Shown: one piece after another, positions 18,827-28,498 of the stretch
Layout of the letters: each line of letters starts with the position of its first letter
How positions within the stretch are numbered: the stretch's first letter is position 1
Assembly (NCBI RefSeq): GCF_000016745.1
Contig: NC_009483.1
Location: 1,560,001-1,592,000 of the forward strand
Source of the DNA: Geotalea uraniireducens Rf4
GTDB lineage: Bacteria; Desulfobacterota; Desulfuromonadia; Geobacterales; Geobacteraceae
Direction: 5' to 3'
Length of the DNA: 32,000 nt
The notes under the pieces: model-generated
The model's input: the letters and a program-made list of their open reading frames with translations, nothing else
Database searches by the model: none
What the model was told of the DNA's origin: nothing
Translations under genes and position numbers: made by a program

Positions 18827-20794
18827 ATGTTTACCAAAGCACTGTCAGCAACGATGCTCATGCTTTTTTTGACCATGCCGGGACTCGCCGCCGAACCGCC
18901 GAAGCAGGCGCCCCAATCGGCAACGACTGCCGCAGCGCCGGTGCAGAGTCAGGCAGTACCTGCAGCGCAAGCGGCTCCCGCAGCAAAAGCGGCCGTTCCC
19001 GCAGCACCGGCTCTCCAGGAAAAGGTCCGGCCCAACCGGTCCATCACCATTACCATGTTCATGGCGATCATCGGCATCACGCTCTGCGTCGTAATCTGGG
19101 CAGCCAAGCAGACCAAGTCGGCTGCCGACTTCTACACCGCAGGCGGAGGGATTACCGGGCTTCAGAACGGCTGGGCCATTGCCGGCGACTACATGTCGGC
19201 CGCCTCGTTCCTCGGCATGTCCGGCCTGATCTCGCTCTACGGCATCGACGGTTTCATGTACGCGGTCGGCCCCATGTTCTCGTTCATCGCCATCCTGCTG
19301 GTGGTGGCGGAACCGTGCCGCAACGCAGGCAAATACACCCTGGGCGACATCCTCTCCTTCCGCGCCTCGGCAAAGCCGGTGCGGGCCGTGGCAGCGCTTT
19401 CCACGGTCACGGTGTCGCTCTTCTACCTGATCGCCCAGATGGTCGGGGCCGGCAAGCTGATGCAGGTGCTGCTGGACATTCCCTACCGTTTCTCGGTCAT
19501 CGGTGTCGGCGTCCTGATGGTGGGCTATGTTGTCTTCGGCGGCATGAAGGCCACCACCTGGGTACAGATCATCAAGGCCGGTCTGCTCATGTCGGGCACC
19601 GTCCTTCTTGCCCTCCTGGTCATGTTCAAGGCGGGCCTCAACCCGTTCGGATTTTTCTCGGATATCGTCAATAACCAGCTCATCCAGGACCACGTGAGGA
19701 TGAACGTCCTCAAGGATGCGCTGCCGAAGCCGGGCGTCGACTACGGGCAGCGCTTTCTGGAGCCGGGGCTGTTCCTGAAGAATCCACTTGACCAGATCTC
19801 CCTCGGCATTGCCTGGGCGTTGGGCGCAGCCGGCCTGCCCCATATCCTGATGCGCTTTTTCACCGTTCCCAATGCAAAAGAGGCACGGAAATCCATCGTC
19901 ATCGCCCTTTTTATCAACGGCACATTTTTCTTCCTCATCAATCTCATAGGTTTCGGCGCTGCGCTCTACCTGACCCCGCAACTGATCAGCTCCGTTGACA
20001 AGGGCGGCAACATGGCGACGTTGCTGCTGGCCCAGAAACTGGGGGGCGGCGCAGGCTCCATTGGTGGCGACATGTTCCTGGCATTCATCTGCGCCGTGGC
20101 CTTCGCCACCATCCTGGCGGTTGTTTCCGGCCTGGTTCTGGCCGCTTCCGCCGCCATTGCCCACGATGTGTACGTGAACATCATCAAGGACGGAAAGGCC
20201 GATCAGCACCTGCAGGTCAAGGTGGCCCGCATTACCTCTCTCTGTGTCGGGATAGCCGCTATCATCATGGGGCTTATGGCCGAGAAGGAGAACGTTGTCG
20301 CCCTGGTAGCCCTGGCCTTTGCCGTGGCGGCATCGGGAAATTTCCCGGCGGTCATCCTCTCGCTCTTCTGGCGCCGCTTCAATACGGCCGGCATCATTTC
20401 CGCCCTGCTGGTGGGGACCATTACGGCCCTGGGTCTCGTGGTGGTGTCGCCGGTCATGACCTATCCGCAGAAGATCGCTGACGATGCCGGAAAGATCATT
20501 GTGACCCTGGAGAAAAAACAGGCCGAGGGGGCCGTTCTGGCCGACAAGGAGCTGACGGCCCTGGACAAGTCGCGCAAGGACTTCGCGAAGAACAACGGTG
20601 GGACCTCCATGGTCGGGCTGAAGGCGCCTCTCTTTCCGCTCAAGAATCCGGGCATCGTCTCCGTGCCCCTCGGTTTCCTCGCCGCCATCTTCGGTTGCCT
20701 CCTCTTCCGCGACCGGCGGGCCGAAGAAATGTTCGACGAGATCGAGGTGCGGCAGATTACGGGCATCGGCATAGCCAAGGCGACCGATCATTAA
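18827..20794 (+). CDS. actP: Cation/acetate symporter, SSS family (ActP/AplA-like)
   Basis: 655 aa with many TM helices: FYTAGGGITGLQNGWAIAGDYMSAASFLG, GLPHILMRFFTV. SD AAGGAGG is upstream. The N-terminus carries a signal-like segment and an Ala/Pro-rich linker. Confidence 0.9.
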   Translation: MFTKALSATMLMLFLTMPGLAAEPPKQAPQSATTAAAPVQSQAVPAAQAAPAAKAAVPAAPALQEKVRPNRSITITMFMAIIGITLCVVIWAAKQTKSAADFYTAGGGITGLQNGWAIAGDYMSAASFLGMSGLISLYGIDGFMYAVGPMFSFIAILLVVAEPCRNAGKYTLGDILSFRASAKPVRAVAALSTVTVSLFYLIAQMVGAGKLMQVLLDIPYRFSVIGVGVLMVGYVVFGGMKATTWVQIIKAGLLMSGTVLLALLVMFKAGLNPFGFFSDIVNNQLIQDHVRMNVLKDALPKPGVDYGQRFLEPGLFLKNPLDQISLGIAWALGAAGLPHILMRFFTVPNAKEARKSIVIALFINGTFFFLINLIGFGAALYLTPQLISSVDKGGNMATLLLAQKLGGGAGSIGGDMFLAFICAVAFATILAVVSGLVLAASAAIAHDVYVNIIKDGKADQHLQVKVARITSLCVGIAAIIMGLMAEKENVVALVALAFAVAASGNFPAVILSLFWRRFNTAGIISALLVGTITALGLVVVSPVMTYPQKIADDAGKIIVTLEKKQAEGAVLADKELTALDKSRKDFAKNNGGTSMVGLKAPLFPLKNPGIVSVPLGFLAAIFGCLLFRDRRAEEMFDEIEVRQITGIGIAKATDH

Positions 20795-20941
20795 GGAAAC
20801 GAGCCTTTTTCGCCCTGGCTGCGTAAGTCTTCGGGGCTGCTTGTGTGGCGTAGCGATGTTTATGGCCTCCGAGGAGATCCTGCGGGAGACGCCGATCTGG
20901 CCGAAATTTCGCGCCCGGAAGGTAGATTGACCAGTACTGTA

Positions 20942-21070
20942 CGGTTAGGTTTTTCCATCCACACTCCCCCCCTCACCCTAGCCCTCTCCTTTAGGCCCGC
21001 AATTTGGGTCCACAAGGGGCGAGGGGACTTTAAAGCTCCCCTCCCTTGATGGGAGGGGTTGGGGGAGGGT
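20942..21070 (+). repeat. About 129-bp dispersed repeat, copy 1 (C-rich 5' arm, G-rich 3' arm)
   Basis: It aligns with 26451-26579. The last 98 nt (TCACCCTAGCCC...GGGGGAGGGT) are identical by eye. Confidence 0.9.
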
Positions 21071-21148
21071 GCAATGTGCAGGTTTTTATGGCTTGGAGAG
21101 TCAGTGCAATTTTCTACCGGATACTACTGAGATTGACAGCATATATTA

Positions 21149-21175
21149 CCCCGCGCTGCGGCGCGGGGAATTTTT
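21149..21175 (+). terminator. Strong rho-independent terminator
   Basis: CCCCGCGC-tgcg-GCGCGGGG followed by AATTTTT. Confidence 0.75.
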
Positions 21176-21223
21176 CGGCAGTTGCAGGCAGAGAAATTAA
21201 ACAATGGTGGACGAGGGGGGGCC

Positions 21224-21790
21224 ATGGGTGATGCAGAATTGCATGGATATGCGATAGCGACGGAGATGGCGGGGGATGAGGGGGTCCAGCTGCTCTCCGG
21301 CCTGGGCAAGGGAGAGTTGATAAAGATCATCATTGATGACGCGAAAAACTGGCTGGCCCACGACGGGCTCTGGTTCCAGGCAGTGGAGAGCGTCCACGGC
21401 ATGGACGAGGCCATTGCCGCCGACCGGGCCGCCTGGGAGAAGTTCACCGTCATCGAGGCAAAGCGGATCATGGAACGCCTCGGCATGAAGCCCGGCGGCG
21501 GCATCCCTGCCCTGGTGGAATGCCTCAAGCACCGCCTCTATGCGCGGCTGAACCTCCAGGACGTCATGGAACAGAGCGACAGCCGGGTGGTGTTCCGCAT
21601 GGTGGATTGCCGTGTCCAGTCGGCTCGCAGGCGCAAGGGGCTCGCCGACTTCCCGTGCAAGACGGTGGGAATCGTCGAGTACGCGGAGTTCGCCAGGACC
21701 ATCGACCCGCGCATCAGGACCCGGTGTATCGCCTGTCCGCCGGATGCGCATCCGGATCAATACTGGTGCGCCTGGGAATTTACTCTTTGA
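21224..21790 (+). CDS. Hypothetical Cys-rich protein (possibly DUF6125-like; name from memory, unverified)
   Basis: The ORF contains LAHDGLWFQAVE...AAWEKFTVIEAKRI and the C-terminal pattern C..Q....K....FPCK......C..CPPD.....WCAWEF. The start was set at ATG 21224 after GAGGGGGG; the track ORF begins at a TTG. Confidence 0.65.
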   Translation: MGDAELHGYAIATEMAGDEGVQLLSGLGKGELIKIIIDDAKNWLAHDGLWFQAVESVHGMDEAIAADRAAWEKFTVIEAKRIMERLGMKPGGGIPALVECLKHRLYARLNLQDVMEQSDSRVVFRMVDCRVQSARRRKGLADFPCKTVGIVEYAEFARTIDPRIRTRCIACPPDAHPDQYWCAWEFTL

Positions 21791-21975
21791 GGAACGAGGA
21801 AAAAGGAGCGAGGAACGAGGAACGAGGAAAAAGGAACGAGGAGCGAGGAAAAAGGAACGAGGAGCGAGGAAAAAGGAGCGAGGAACGAGGAAAAAGGAGC
21901 GAGGATAATGGCGCGAGGTGAGAGCCTAGAGCCTAGAGGTTTTCCTCGAACCTCGAACCTCGATCCTCGATCCTC
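21791..21975 (+). repeat. Heptad-periodic purine-rich array with a short inverted block
   Basis: Counted directly: 12 forward CGAGG cores spaced 7 or 14 nt apart, then 2x AGAGCCT, then TTTT, then an inverted block (CCTCGAA x2, CCTCGAT x2, CCTC). The array fills the whole intergenic space from the stop codon at 21790 to about 30 nt before the icmF start. Confidence 0.9.
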
Positions 21976-22003
21976 ATATATACGTGAAACGAGGAGAACC
22001 GAC

Positions 22004-25000
22004 ATGCACACAACCGCCGCAGCACCCTATACATCCAAAAACAAGATCCGTTTCGTGACCGCAACCAGCCTGTTCGACGGTCACGACGCAGCTACCAATA
22101 TTATCCGTCGCATGCTCCAGTCCTCGGGGGCCGAGGTGATCCACCTGGGGCACAATCGCTCCGTGGATGTGATCGTCACCGCCGCCATTCAGGAGGACGC
22201 CCAGGGGATAGCGGTCAGTTGCTACCAGGGTGGCCACGTGCCGTTCTTCAAATACATCTGCGACCTGCTCAAAGAGCGGGGCGCCGGGCATATCCGGGTC
22301 TTCGGCGGTGGCGGCGGGGTGATCGTCCCCGAAGAGATCCGGGAGATCGAAGGCTACGGGGTGAGCAAGATATTCTCACCCGAAGACGGCCGGCGCATGG
22401 GGCTGCAGGGGATGGTCAACCACATGCTGGAGCTATGCGATTTCCAGCCGGAACGGGACCTGGATACGGAAATCGAACGGCTTAAAGGACGGGACATCCG
22501 CTCGGTCAATACCCTCATCTCCCTGGCCGAACAGGCGGTCCACGAGCATACGGAAGGGTATGGAAAGGTCAGGGAGCGGGTTCGCGCCATGGGGAGCAAG
22601 GTGCCGGTACTGGGCATTACCGGCACCGGCGGGGCGGGGAAGAGCTCCCTTACCGATGAGCTGGTGCGCCGATTGATACGGGATTTCCCGGAGAAGAGCG
22701 TGGCGATCCTGGCGGTAGACCCTTCCCGGCAGCGGACCGGCGGCGCGCTCCTGGGCGACCGGATCAGGATGAACTCCATCAATACCGACCGGGTCTACAT
22801 GCGCTCGCTGGCCACCCGCGACTCCCGTTCCGAGCTGTCCGCCGCCATTGAAGACGCCATTGCCGTGGTGCGGGCGGCAGGCTTCGACCTGGTGATCGTC
22901 GAGACCTCCGGCATCGGCCAGGGGGATGCCGGGGTGGTGGAGATCTGTGACGTATCCCTCTACGTCATGACCTGCGAATTCGGCGCGCCGACCCAGCTGG
23001 AAAAGATCGACATGCTCGACTTCGCCGACATCGTCGCCCTCAACAAGTTCGAGCGGAAGGGTTCGGAGGATGCCATGCGCAACGTGCGCAAGCAGTACCG
23101 GCGCAACCGCAACCTGTTCGACCTCGCCGACGAGGAGCTGCCGGTGTTCGGCACTATCGCTTCCCAGTTCAACGACCCCGGCACCAATGTCCTTTACCGG
23201 GCGGTGCTCGACCGGTTCAACGAGAAGAAGGGGCTCGGCTGGCAGTCGCAGCTTGCCATTACCGAGCGGGAGAGCCTGAAGAAGTACATCATCCCATCCG
23301 ACCGGATTCATTACCTGGGGGAGATCGTCCAGTCGGTGCGCGGCTACCGGAAAACCGCGGCGGAGCAGGCGCAGATCGCCCGCACCCTCTTCCAGCTCAA
23401 GGGGACCCGTGCCCTCCTTGCCGACAGTGACGCGACCGCGGCGGGGGTTGACCAACTGATAGGATATTACGAGGCCAAGCTCCGGGATGAGCCGCGCCGG
23501 ATCATCGAGAGCTGGCCGGGAATGAAGCAATCGTACCGTCAGGACGCCCTCGTGACAAGTGTGAGGGACAAGGAAATCCGCACCGAACTCTACACCACCT
23601 CCCTCTCCGGGACCAAAATCCCCCGGGTCTGCGTCCCCGATTACGAGGACTGGGGGGAGATCGTCAAGTGGAGCATGAAGGAGAACGTGCCGGGCTCGTT
23701 CCCCTTTACCGCCGGGGTCTTCCCCTTCAAGCGGGTCGAGGAGGACCCTAAACGACAGTTCGCCGGCGAGGGGACCCCGGAGCGGACCAACCGGCGCTTT
23801 CACTACCTTTGCCGGGACGACGGCGCCAAGCGCCTTTCCACGGCCTTCGACAGCGTTACCCTCTACGGCGAGGACCCGGATTTTCCTCCCGACGTCTATG
23901 GCAAGGTGGGGGAGAGCGGCGTCTCCATCTGCACCGTGGAGGACGTGAAGAAGCTCTATGCCGGCTTCGACCTCTGCGCCCCCTCCACCAGCGTCTCCAT
24001 CACCATCAATGGCCCGGCGCCGATGATGCTCGCCATGTTCTTCAATGCGGCCATCGACCAGCAGGTGGACCGGTTCCGCGGGGAAAAGGGGCGTGAGCCC
24101 GCCGCCGCCGAGTACGAGCTGATCCGGGCTTGTACCCTGCAGACCGTGCGCGGCACTGTCCAGGCCGACATCCTCAAAGAAGACCAGGGGCAGAACACCT
24201 GCATCTTCTCCACCGAGTTCGCCCTGAAGATGATGGGTGACATCCAGCAGTACTTCATCGACAAGCAGGTGCGGAATTATTACTCCGTCTCCATCAGCGG
24301 CTACCACATCGCCGAGGCCGGGGCGAACCCCATCAGCCAGCTCGCCTTCACCCTTTCCAACGGCTTCACCTATGTGGAGTATTACCTTTCCCGGGGGATG
24401 CACATCGACGACTTCGCCCCGAACCTCTCCTACTTCTTCTCGAACGGCCTCGACCCGGAGTACACGGTGATAGGCCGTGTGGCGCGGCGCATCTGGGCGG
24501 TAACCATGCGGGAGAAATACGGCGCCAACGAGCGGAGCCAGAAGCTCAAGTACCACATCCAGACCTCCGGCCGCTCGCTCCATGCCCAGGAAATGGACTT
24601 CAACGACATCCGCACCACCCTACAGGCGCTGATGGCCCTCTACGACAACTGCAACTCGCTGCACACCAACGCCTACGACGAGGCGGTCACGACACCCTGC
24701 GAGGAGTCGGTGCGCCGCGCCATGGCGGTGCAGATGATCATCACCAAGGAGTTGGGGCTGAACAGGAACGAGAACCCGCTCCAGGGGGCGTTCATTATCG
24801 ACGAACTGACCGACCTGGTGGAGGAGGCTGTGCTGGCCGAGTTCGAAAGGATCGACCAGCGGGGCGGGGTGCTCGGCGCCATGGAGACCCAGTACCAGCG
24901 GAGCAAGATCCAGGACGAGTCCATGCTTTACGAGCACAAGAAGCACTCGGGCGAGCTCCCCATCATCGGCGTCAACACCTTCCTGAACCCCCGCGCCGAT

Positions 25001-25255
25001 GAGGACGGATACCAGGTGCCGGGCGAACTGGCCCGGGCTACCATTGAAGAAAAGGAGCAGCAGATTCGAAACCTGCGCGCCTTCCAGGAGCGGAACAGGG
25101 TAAAGGCCCCGCTGGCCCTGAAGCGCCTCCAAGAGGTGGCTGTCAGTGGCGGCAATATCTTTGCCGAGTTGATGGAGACGGTGAAGTACGCCTCTCTCGG
25201 CCAGATCACCAGGGCGTTGTTTGAGGTGGGGGGCGAATATCGAAGAAACATGTGA
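22004..25255 (+). CDS. icmF: Fused isobutyryl-CoA mutase (B12-binding domain + MeaB-like G-protein + mutase catalytic domain)
   Basis: The N-terminal B12 motif is [13 protein letters not shown]...GHNRS. The P-loop is [13 protein letters not shown], followed by ALNKFE. The C-terminal region is a methylmalonyl-CoA-mutase-like TIM barrel ([27 protein letters not shown]). The start was set at ATG 22004 after GAGGAGA, giving 1083 aa; the 32 upstream codons in the track ORF are translated repeats. Confidence 0.9.
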   Translation: MHTTAAAPYTSKNKIRFVTATSLFDGHDAATNIIRRMLQSSGAEVIHLGHNRSVDVIVTAAIQEDAQGIAVSCYQGGHVPFFKYICDLLKERGAGHIRVFGGGGGVIVPEEIREIEGYGVSKIFSPEDGRRMGLQGMVNHMLELCDFQPERDLDTEIERLKGRDIRSVNTLISLAEQAVHEHTEGYGKVRERVRAMGSKVPVLGITGTGGAGKSSLTDELVRRLIRDFPEKSVAILAVDPSRQRTGGALLGDRIRMNSINTDRVYMRSLATRDSRSELSAAIEDAIAVVRAAGFDLVIVETSGIGQGDAGVVEICDVSLYVMTCEFGAPTQLEKIDMLDFADIVALNKFERKGSEDAMRNVRKQYRRNRNLFDLADEELPVFGTIASQFNDPGTNVLYRAVLDRFNEKKGLGWQSQLAITERESLKKYIIPSDRIHYLGEIVQSVRGYRKTAAEQAQIARTLFQLKGTRALLADSDATAAGVDQLIGYYEAKLRDEPRRIIESWPGMKQSYRQDALVTSVRDKEIRTELYTTSLSGTKIPRVCVPDYEDWGEIVKWSMKENVPGSFPFTAGVFPFKRVEEDPKRQFAGEGTPERTNRRFHYLCRDDGAKRLSTAFDSVTLYGEDPDFPPDVYGKVGESGVSICTVEDVKKLYAGFDLCAPSTSVSITINGPAPMMLAMFFNAAIDQQVDRFRGEKGREPAAAEYELIRACTLQTVRGTVQADILKEDQGQNTCIFSTEFALKMMGDIQQYFIDKQVRNYYSVSISGYHIAEAGANPISQLAFTLSNGFTYVEYYLSRGMHIDDFAPNLSYFFSNGLDPEYTVIGRVARRIWAVTMREKYGANERSQKLKYHIQTSGRSLHAQEMDFNDIRTTLQALMALYDNCNSLHTNAYDEAVTTPCEESVRRAMAVQMIITKELGLNRNENPLQGAFIIDELTDLVEEAVLAEFERIDQRGGVLGAMETQYQRSKIQDESMLYEHKKHSGELPIIGVNTFLNPRADEDGYQVPGELARATIEEKEQQIRNLRAFQERNRVKAPLALKRLQEVAVSGGNIFAELMETVKYASLGQITRALFEVGGEYRRNM

Positions 25256-25380
25256 TGGCGGCGATTGCGAATTTCGAAATATATGACAGAATAATCATTT
25301 GAGATTTTCTTCGTGTCCATTGCGCCTTTGCAGTTCAAAGAGTCCGGTTTCCCCAGCTGATTTTTCAAAGGAGTCACCCC

Positions 25381-26427
25381 ATGACCCGCCCCAAAGAAAC
25401 CTCATACTACCAAACCCTTCCCCTCAGTACCGACCTTGCCCTGCGCCGTCGCTACATGGTGGTGGACGAGCCGATTCCGGGAAACCTCCGCTTCGGCCTT
25501 TTGCTGGAGATCCTGGACCTGGTCGCCGAGAAGACCGCCTTGAATTATGTGAATCGTTTCTACCCGGATGCGCGGGTAGTGACGGCGGCCATCGACAACA
25601 TCTTCGTCCGCCATGCCGCTGACGTGACCAGAGACATCGTCTTCCACGCCCGCATCAATCACGTCGGGCGGTCATCGCTTGAGATCGGCATCCGCGTCGA
25701 ACAGCCGGGCGATCCCACCAACCACATCGCCTCCTGCTACTTCACCATGGTGGCCCGCTCCGGCATGGGGGAGGGGGCGGTGAGCGTGACGCTCCCCCCG
25801 CTGGAATACCTGGACGAAACGGAACAGGCGCGGGCGAAGAAGGCGTTGTCGGGACGGGATGAGTACCGCCAGCAGCAGGCGCTCCTGACGGAGCCCCCGT
25901 CGCGGGAGGAGTACGAGATGCTCGCCGCCCTGCACAAGGCCCAGGAGGAGCCGGGGTTCTCCGGCCTTCTGGCCGGGCGCCTGGTGGCCGATGCCTGGGA
26001 GCGGATGTACCCGGAGCAGGAGAACGTGCCGCAGAAGATCTTCGGCGGCTACCTGATCCGGCGCGCCTACGAGCTTTCCGCCATCTGTTCGGAGCTGGTG
26101 GCGCCGGACCGCTCCATCGTCGCCGCGGTGAACCGGATCAACTTCTTCCACCCGGTCCGGATGGGTGACAAGCTCCACTTCACCTCACGGGTGGTTTACA
26201 CCAGTGGCAGCTTCGTCTGCGTTGAAGCGAGCATCGAGCGGCTCAGCCTCGACCGGACCAGCAAGGCGCTCTCCAATTCGTGCTTGTTCACCTTCGTCAA
26301 CGTGGACCGGGAACTGGTGCACCAGCCGGTGCCTGCCATCTATCCTGCCACCTATGTCGAAGATGCCAGCTACCTGGCGGCCCACCGGAGCTACCAGTCG
26401 ATCGTCCGGCATCATGCGATCATATAG
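25381..26427 (+). CDS. Acyl-CoA thioesterase (tandem hotdog-fold)
   Basis: 348 aa with two hotdog-like halves (..HAADVTRDIVFHARINHVGRSSLEIGIRV.. and ..HPVRMGDKLHFTSRVVYTSGSFVCVEASI..). SD AAAGGAG is upstream, and the gene is co-directional with icmF. Confidence 0.8.
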   Translation: MTRPKETSYYQTLPLSTDLALRRRYMVVDEPIPGNLRFGLLLEILDLVAEKTALNYVNRFYPDARVVTAAIDNIFVRHAADVTRDIVFHARINHVGRSSLEIGIRVEQPGDPTNHIASCYFTMVARSGMGEGAVSVTLPPLEYLDETEQARAKKALSGRDEYRQQQALLTEPPSREEYEMLAALHKAQEEPGFSGLLAGRLVADAWERMYPEQENVPQKIFGGYLIRRAYELSAICSELVAPDRSIVAAVNRINFFHPVRMGDKLHFTSRVVYTSGSFVCVEASIERLSLDRTSKALSNSCLFTFVNVDRELVHQPVPAIYPATYVEDASYLAAHRSYQSIVRHHAII

Positions 26428-26450
26428 GCGCTTGCGGCTTGAGTCCCTTG

Positions 26451-26579
26451 CGGTAAGTTTTTTGTATCCGCACTTCCCCCCTCACCCTAGCCCTCTCCTT
26501 TAGGCCCGCAATTTGGGTCCACAAGGGGCGAGGGGACTTTAAAGCTCCCCTCCCTTGATGGGAGGGGTTGGGGGAGGGT
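26451..26579 (+). repeat. About 129-bp dispersed repeat, copy 2
   Basis: Same orientation as copy 1 at 20942-21070. The differences are confined to the first roughly 30 nt. Confidence 0.9.
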
Positions 26580-26663
26580 CCCGGTTATGCCGGGGATTAA
26601 GGCGAAGAACCTTTGTCGGGACGCTGATGAACGCGGATTAAATGCTGAAAATCTGGAGGAATT

Positions 26664-27200
26664 ATGGATATTTTCCAAGCGATCAACGATAGAAGGAGCA
26701 TCAGGAAATACAAAGATATCCCGGTAGAGTGGGAGAAGATCGGCCAGGTGCTCGACGCGGCCCGGCTCGCCCCTTCCTGGAAGAACATGCAGTGCTGGCG
26801 TTTCCTGGTCCTGACTGCTTCCGATAAGAAAGACGCTATGCTCTCCGCCTTCCCCGACGATAATCCGGGGAAAAAGGCCATTGCCCAGGCGCCGGTGGTG
26901 ATCGTGGTCTGTGCTGACCCGGCCGAATCGGGGATAGAGAACGGCGTCGAGTACTACATCGCCGATACGGCCATCGCCTTCGAGCATATCTGCCTGGCGG
27001 CCCATGGATTGGGGCTCGGCACCTGCTGGATGGGGTGGTACGACGAAGCGGCCATCAAGGGGGAACTTGGCATTCCCGACGGAATCCGGGTGGTGGGGGT
27101 GACGCCGCTCGGCTACCCCGACCAGGAGCCGAAGCAGCGGCCGCGCAAGGAACTCGCTGAAATTGCCTATTACAATGATTGGGGGAAGACCGAATGTTGA
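26664..27200 (+). CDS. Nitroreductase-family protein
   Basis: 178 aa: RRSIRKYKD.PV......VLDAARLAPSWKNMQCWRF. SD GGAGGA is upstream. Confidence 0.88.
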   Translation: MDIFQAINDRRSIRKYKDIPVEWEKIGQVLDAARLAPSWKNMQCWRFLVLTASDKKDAMLSAFPDDNPGKKAIAQAPVVIVVCADPAESGIENGVEYYIADTAIAFEHICLAAHGLGLGTCWMGWYDEAAIKGELGIPDGIRVVGVTPLGYPDQEPKQRPRKELAEIAYYNDWGKTEC

Positions 27201-28363
27201 CTAAAATGGAATCGGAACAGCGGATCATCAGGCTGCAGAAGGAACTGAAGGAGAAGGGGCTCGACGGGGCGCTCTTCATCTATCCCATCGACGTCTATTA
27301 TTTCGCCGGCACCCGCCAGAACTCCACCATCTGGATACCGGCGGACGGCAATCCGCGCCTTTTTGCCCGGAAGAGCTACGCACGCGCCCTGACTGAGAGC
27401 CTCATCGAGGATACCCGACCGTTTCCGGGAAGCAAGGAGTTTCCTGCCCTGTTCGGCGCGGAGGTGCGAAAGATCGGCTTCACTTTCGACGTGGCGCCGG
27501 TGCAGCAGTACAACTACTACTCCAAGCTCCTGCCGGGGCGTGAGTTTGCCGACATCTCCGCCATCAACCGGGATATCCGATCGGTCAAGTCGGAGTGGGA
27601 GCTGGAGCGGATGCGCCACAGCGGTGACCATCTCTGCGAGGTGTTCCGCCAGGTGCCGGAGTTTCTCAAGGCGGGAATGCGGGAAATCGACCTGGCCGCC
27701 GAGTTCGAATACCGGCTGCGAAAGGCGGGGGGCGAGGGATACGTGCGGATGCGCGCCTTCAACCAGGAGCTGTTCCAGGGACTGGCGGTCAGCGGCGCCA
27801 CCTCCGGCAACCCCGGCTTCTTCGACGGTGCGGTAACCGGCCGGGGGCTCTCCACCGCCTCTCCCCACGGCGCCTCCACCGAAGCAATCACCGCCAACAC
27901 TCCCGTTCTCATCGACTACACCGGTGTCTTCAACGGCTACATCGTCGACATGACCCGGATCTTCGCCATCGGCAAGCTTGCGCCGGAGCTGGAGCATGCC
28001 TTTGCCACCTCCCTTGCCATCCAGCAGCACCTGGTGGAAAACCTGAAGCCGGGTGTCATCTGCGAGGAACTGTTCTTCAAGGCCGCCGAAATGGCGGAAC
28101 AGGCGGGGCTGGGGCAGAATTTCATGGGCGCGCCGGGGGAAAACGCCAAATTTGTCGGCCACGGTGTCGGGCTGGAGCTGGACGAGTATCCGGTCCTGGC
28201 CCAAGGCTTCAAGGTGCCGCTCCAGGCGGGGCAGACCATTGCCATTGAGCCCAAGTTCGTCCTCCCCGGCATGGGTGTGGTGGGGATCGAAAATACCTTT
28301 GCAGTGAGCAGCCACGGCGGGGTGAAGATCACCGATCTGGCGGATGAGATCGTTTATCTGTAG
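27194..28363 (+). CDS. M24-family metallopeptidase (Xaa-Pro aminopeptidase/creatinase-like)
   Basis: N-terminal creatinase-like domain, then the pita-bread motifs VLIDYTGVFNGYIVDMTRIF, HGVGLELDEYP and IAIEPK. ATG 27194 overlaps the nitroreductase stop by 7 nt. Confidence 0.88.
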   Translation: MLTKMESEQRIIRLQKELKEKGLDGALFIYPIDVYYFAGTRQNSTIWIPADGNPRLFARKSYARALTESLIEDTRPFPGSKEFPALFGAEVRKIGFTFDVAPVQQYNYYSKLLPGREFADISAINRDIRSVKSEWELERMRHSGDHLCEVFRQVPEFLKAGMREIDLAAEFEYRLRKAGGEGYVRMRAFNQELFQGLAVSGATSGNPGFFDGAVTGRGLSTASPHGASTEAITANTPVLIDYTGVFNGYIVDMTRIFAIGKLAPELEHAFATSLAIQQHLVENLKPGVICEELFFKAAEMAEQAGLGQNFMGAPGENAKFVGHGVGLELDEYPVLAQGFKVPLQAGQTIAIEPKFVLPGMGVVGIENTFAVSSHGGVKITDLADEIVYL

Positions 28364-28399
28364 TGGCGCCGTGAGGAGTGAGGAGAAATGGTCATCAAG

Positions 28400-28426
28400 G
28401 GGCAACCAGCGGGTTGCCCTTTTTTT
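28400..28426 (+). terminator. Rho-independent terminator (after the M24 peptidase gene)
   Basis: GGGCAACC-agcg-GGTTGCCC followed by T7. Confidence 0.85.
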
Positions 28427-28470
28427 GATTCATTCCCATGTTTTAGAAGTATTTAAATATCTAATGTTAA

Positions 28471-28498
28471 TTGACTATGCCAGTGTTTATGGTATGTG
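28471..28498 (+). promoter_or_regulatory. Candidate sigma70 promoter of the small-ORF/AsnB-like operon
   Basis: TTGACT, a 16-nt spacer, then TG-G-TATGTG (extended -10-like). The conserved box ATTAATTTGCAATGATT (28506-28522) lies at the predicted transcription start. Confidence 0.5.

Noticed and set aside
21071-21223. Cobalamin riboswitch upstream of the B12-dependent mutase operon
   Set aside because: No B12-box-like core or multi-helix junction could be recognised by eye. Cobalamin riboswitches normally control B12 supply genes rather than B12-dependent enzymes. It is retained only as a low-interest attenuator question.
21908-22003. N-terminal 32 codons of the track ORF for icmF ([23 protein letters not shown]...)
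   Set aside because: They are the translation of the heptad repeat array. A good SD (GAGGAGA) precedes ATG 22004, and the B12-binding domain begins right after it.
28388-28456. Tiny ORFs running through the duplicated terminators (MVIKGQPAGCPFF... at 28388 and MSENITC...GQPAGCPFFEF at 30767)
   Set aside because: The shared peptide segment only reflects nucleotide identity of the terminator hairpin. A 1-nt indel upstream puts the two copies in different frames, copy B has no equivalent start, and the SD spacing in copy A is only 2 nt.
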